DNA of 52,358 nt, counting the filler, from Bipalium vagum (lineage: Eukaryota), in the NCBI GenBank assembly GCA_037834085.1. It is 3 parts of 3 records of this genome, joined end to end, with 100 filler letters (N's around TTAATTAATTAA, not from the genome) between each part and the next. Parts side by side here need not be neighbours in the genome. Positions count along the whole stretch, not along the records: positions 36,211 to 52,358 come from JBBMKC010124975.1; 2 more parts are not named here. One strand, 5' to 3'. Of the stretch, positions 52,286-52,358 are shown one piece after another. How positions within the stretch are numbered: position 1 is the stretch's first letter; every line of letters starts with the position of its first letter. Below the pieces are notes generated by a model. It was given only the letters and a program-made list of their open reading frames with translations. It was not told where the DNA came from and ran no database searches. Made by a program: the position numbers and the translations under genes.

Positions 52286-52358
52286 GTAGTGTTCGAATTA
52301 ATTGGGACAAAGATAAAATTCAAGAAAATCATTGATATATTGAAGTACATTACAGAAA

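Noticed and set aside
1-52358. CRISPR arrays, rRNA, intact tRNA or prokaryotic operons
   Set aside because: None seen; the sequence is eukaryotic with spliceosomal introns.

Overview
Very AT-rich eukaryotic scaffold (invertebrate-like, possibly planarian-type; taxon not provable from the sequence) with two artificial 100-nt gap linkers (44N-TTAATTAATTAA-44N). Recognisable genes: a complete two-exon cytoplasmic cysteinyl-tRNA synthetase (CARS1, minus strand, 55-nt intron, 769 aa), the terminal exon of a Kidins220/ARMS homologue (SAM domain plus PDZ-type tail), an intronless LRR-like type I membrane protein, a small spliced Myb/SANT-like HTH gene, and fragments of one or two orphan spliced genes. 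The rest is mostly decayed transposons: a Gypsy relic, three LTR-like segments sharing a two-palindrome-plus-TATA architecture, many Tc1/mariner/pogo/maT copies, a MITE and a tRNA-Ala-derived remnant. Best leads: a minimal type I hammerhead ribozyme of the Penelope-associated kind (39242-39304), an apparent tandem duplication of the anticodon-binding helical module in CysRS, and the covarying LTR palindromes. I found no clear multi-gene novel system. All family assignments come from motif recognition by eye, not from database searches.
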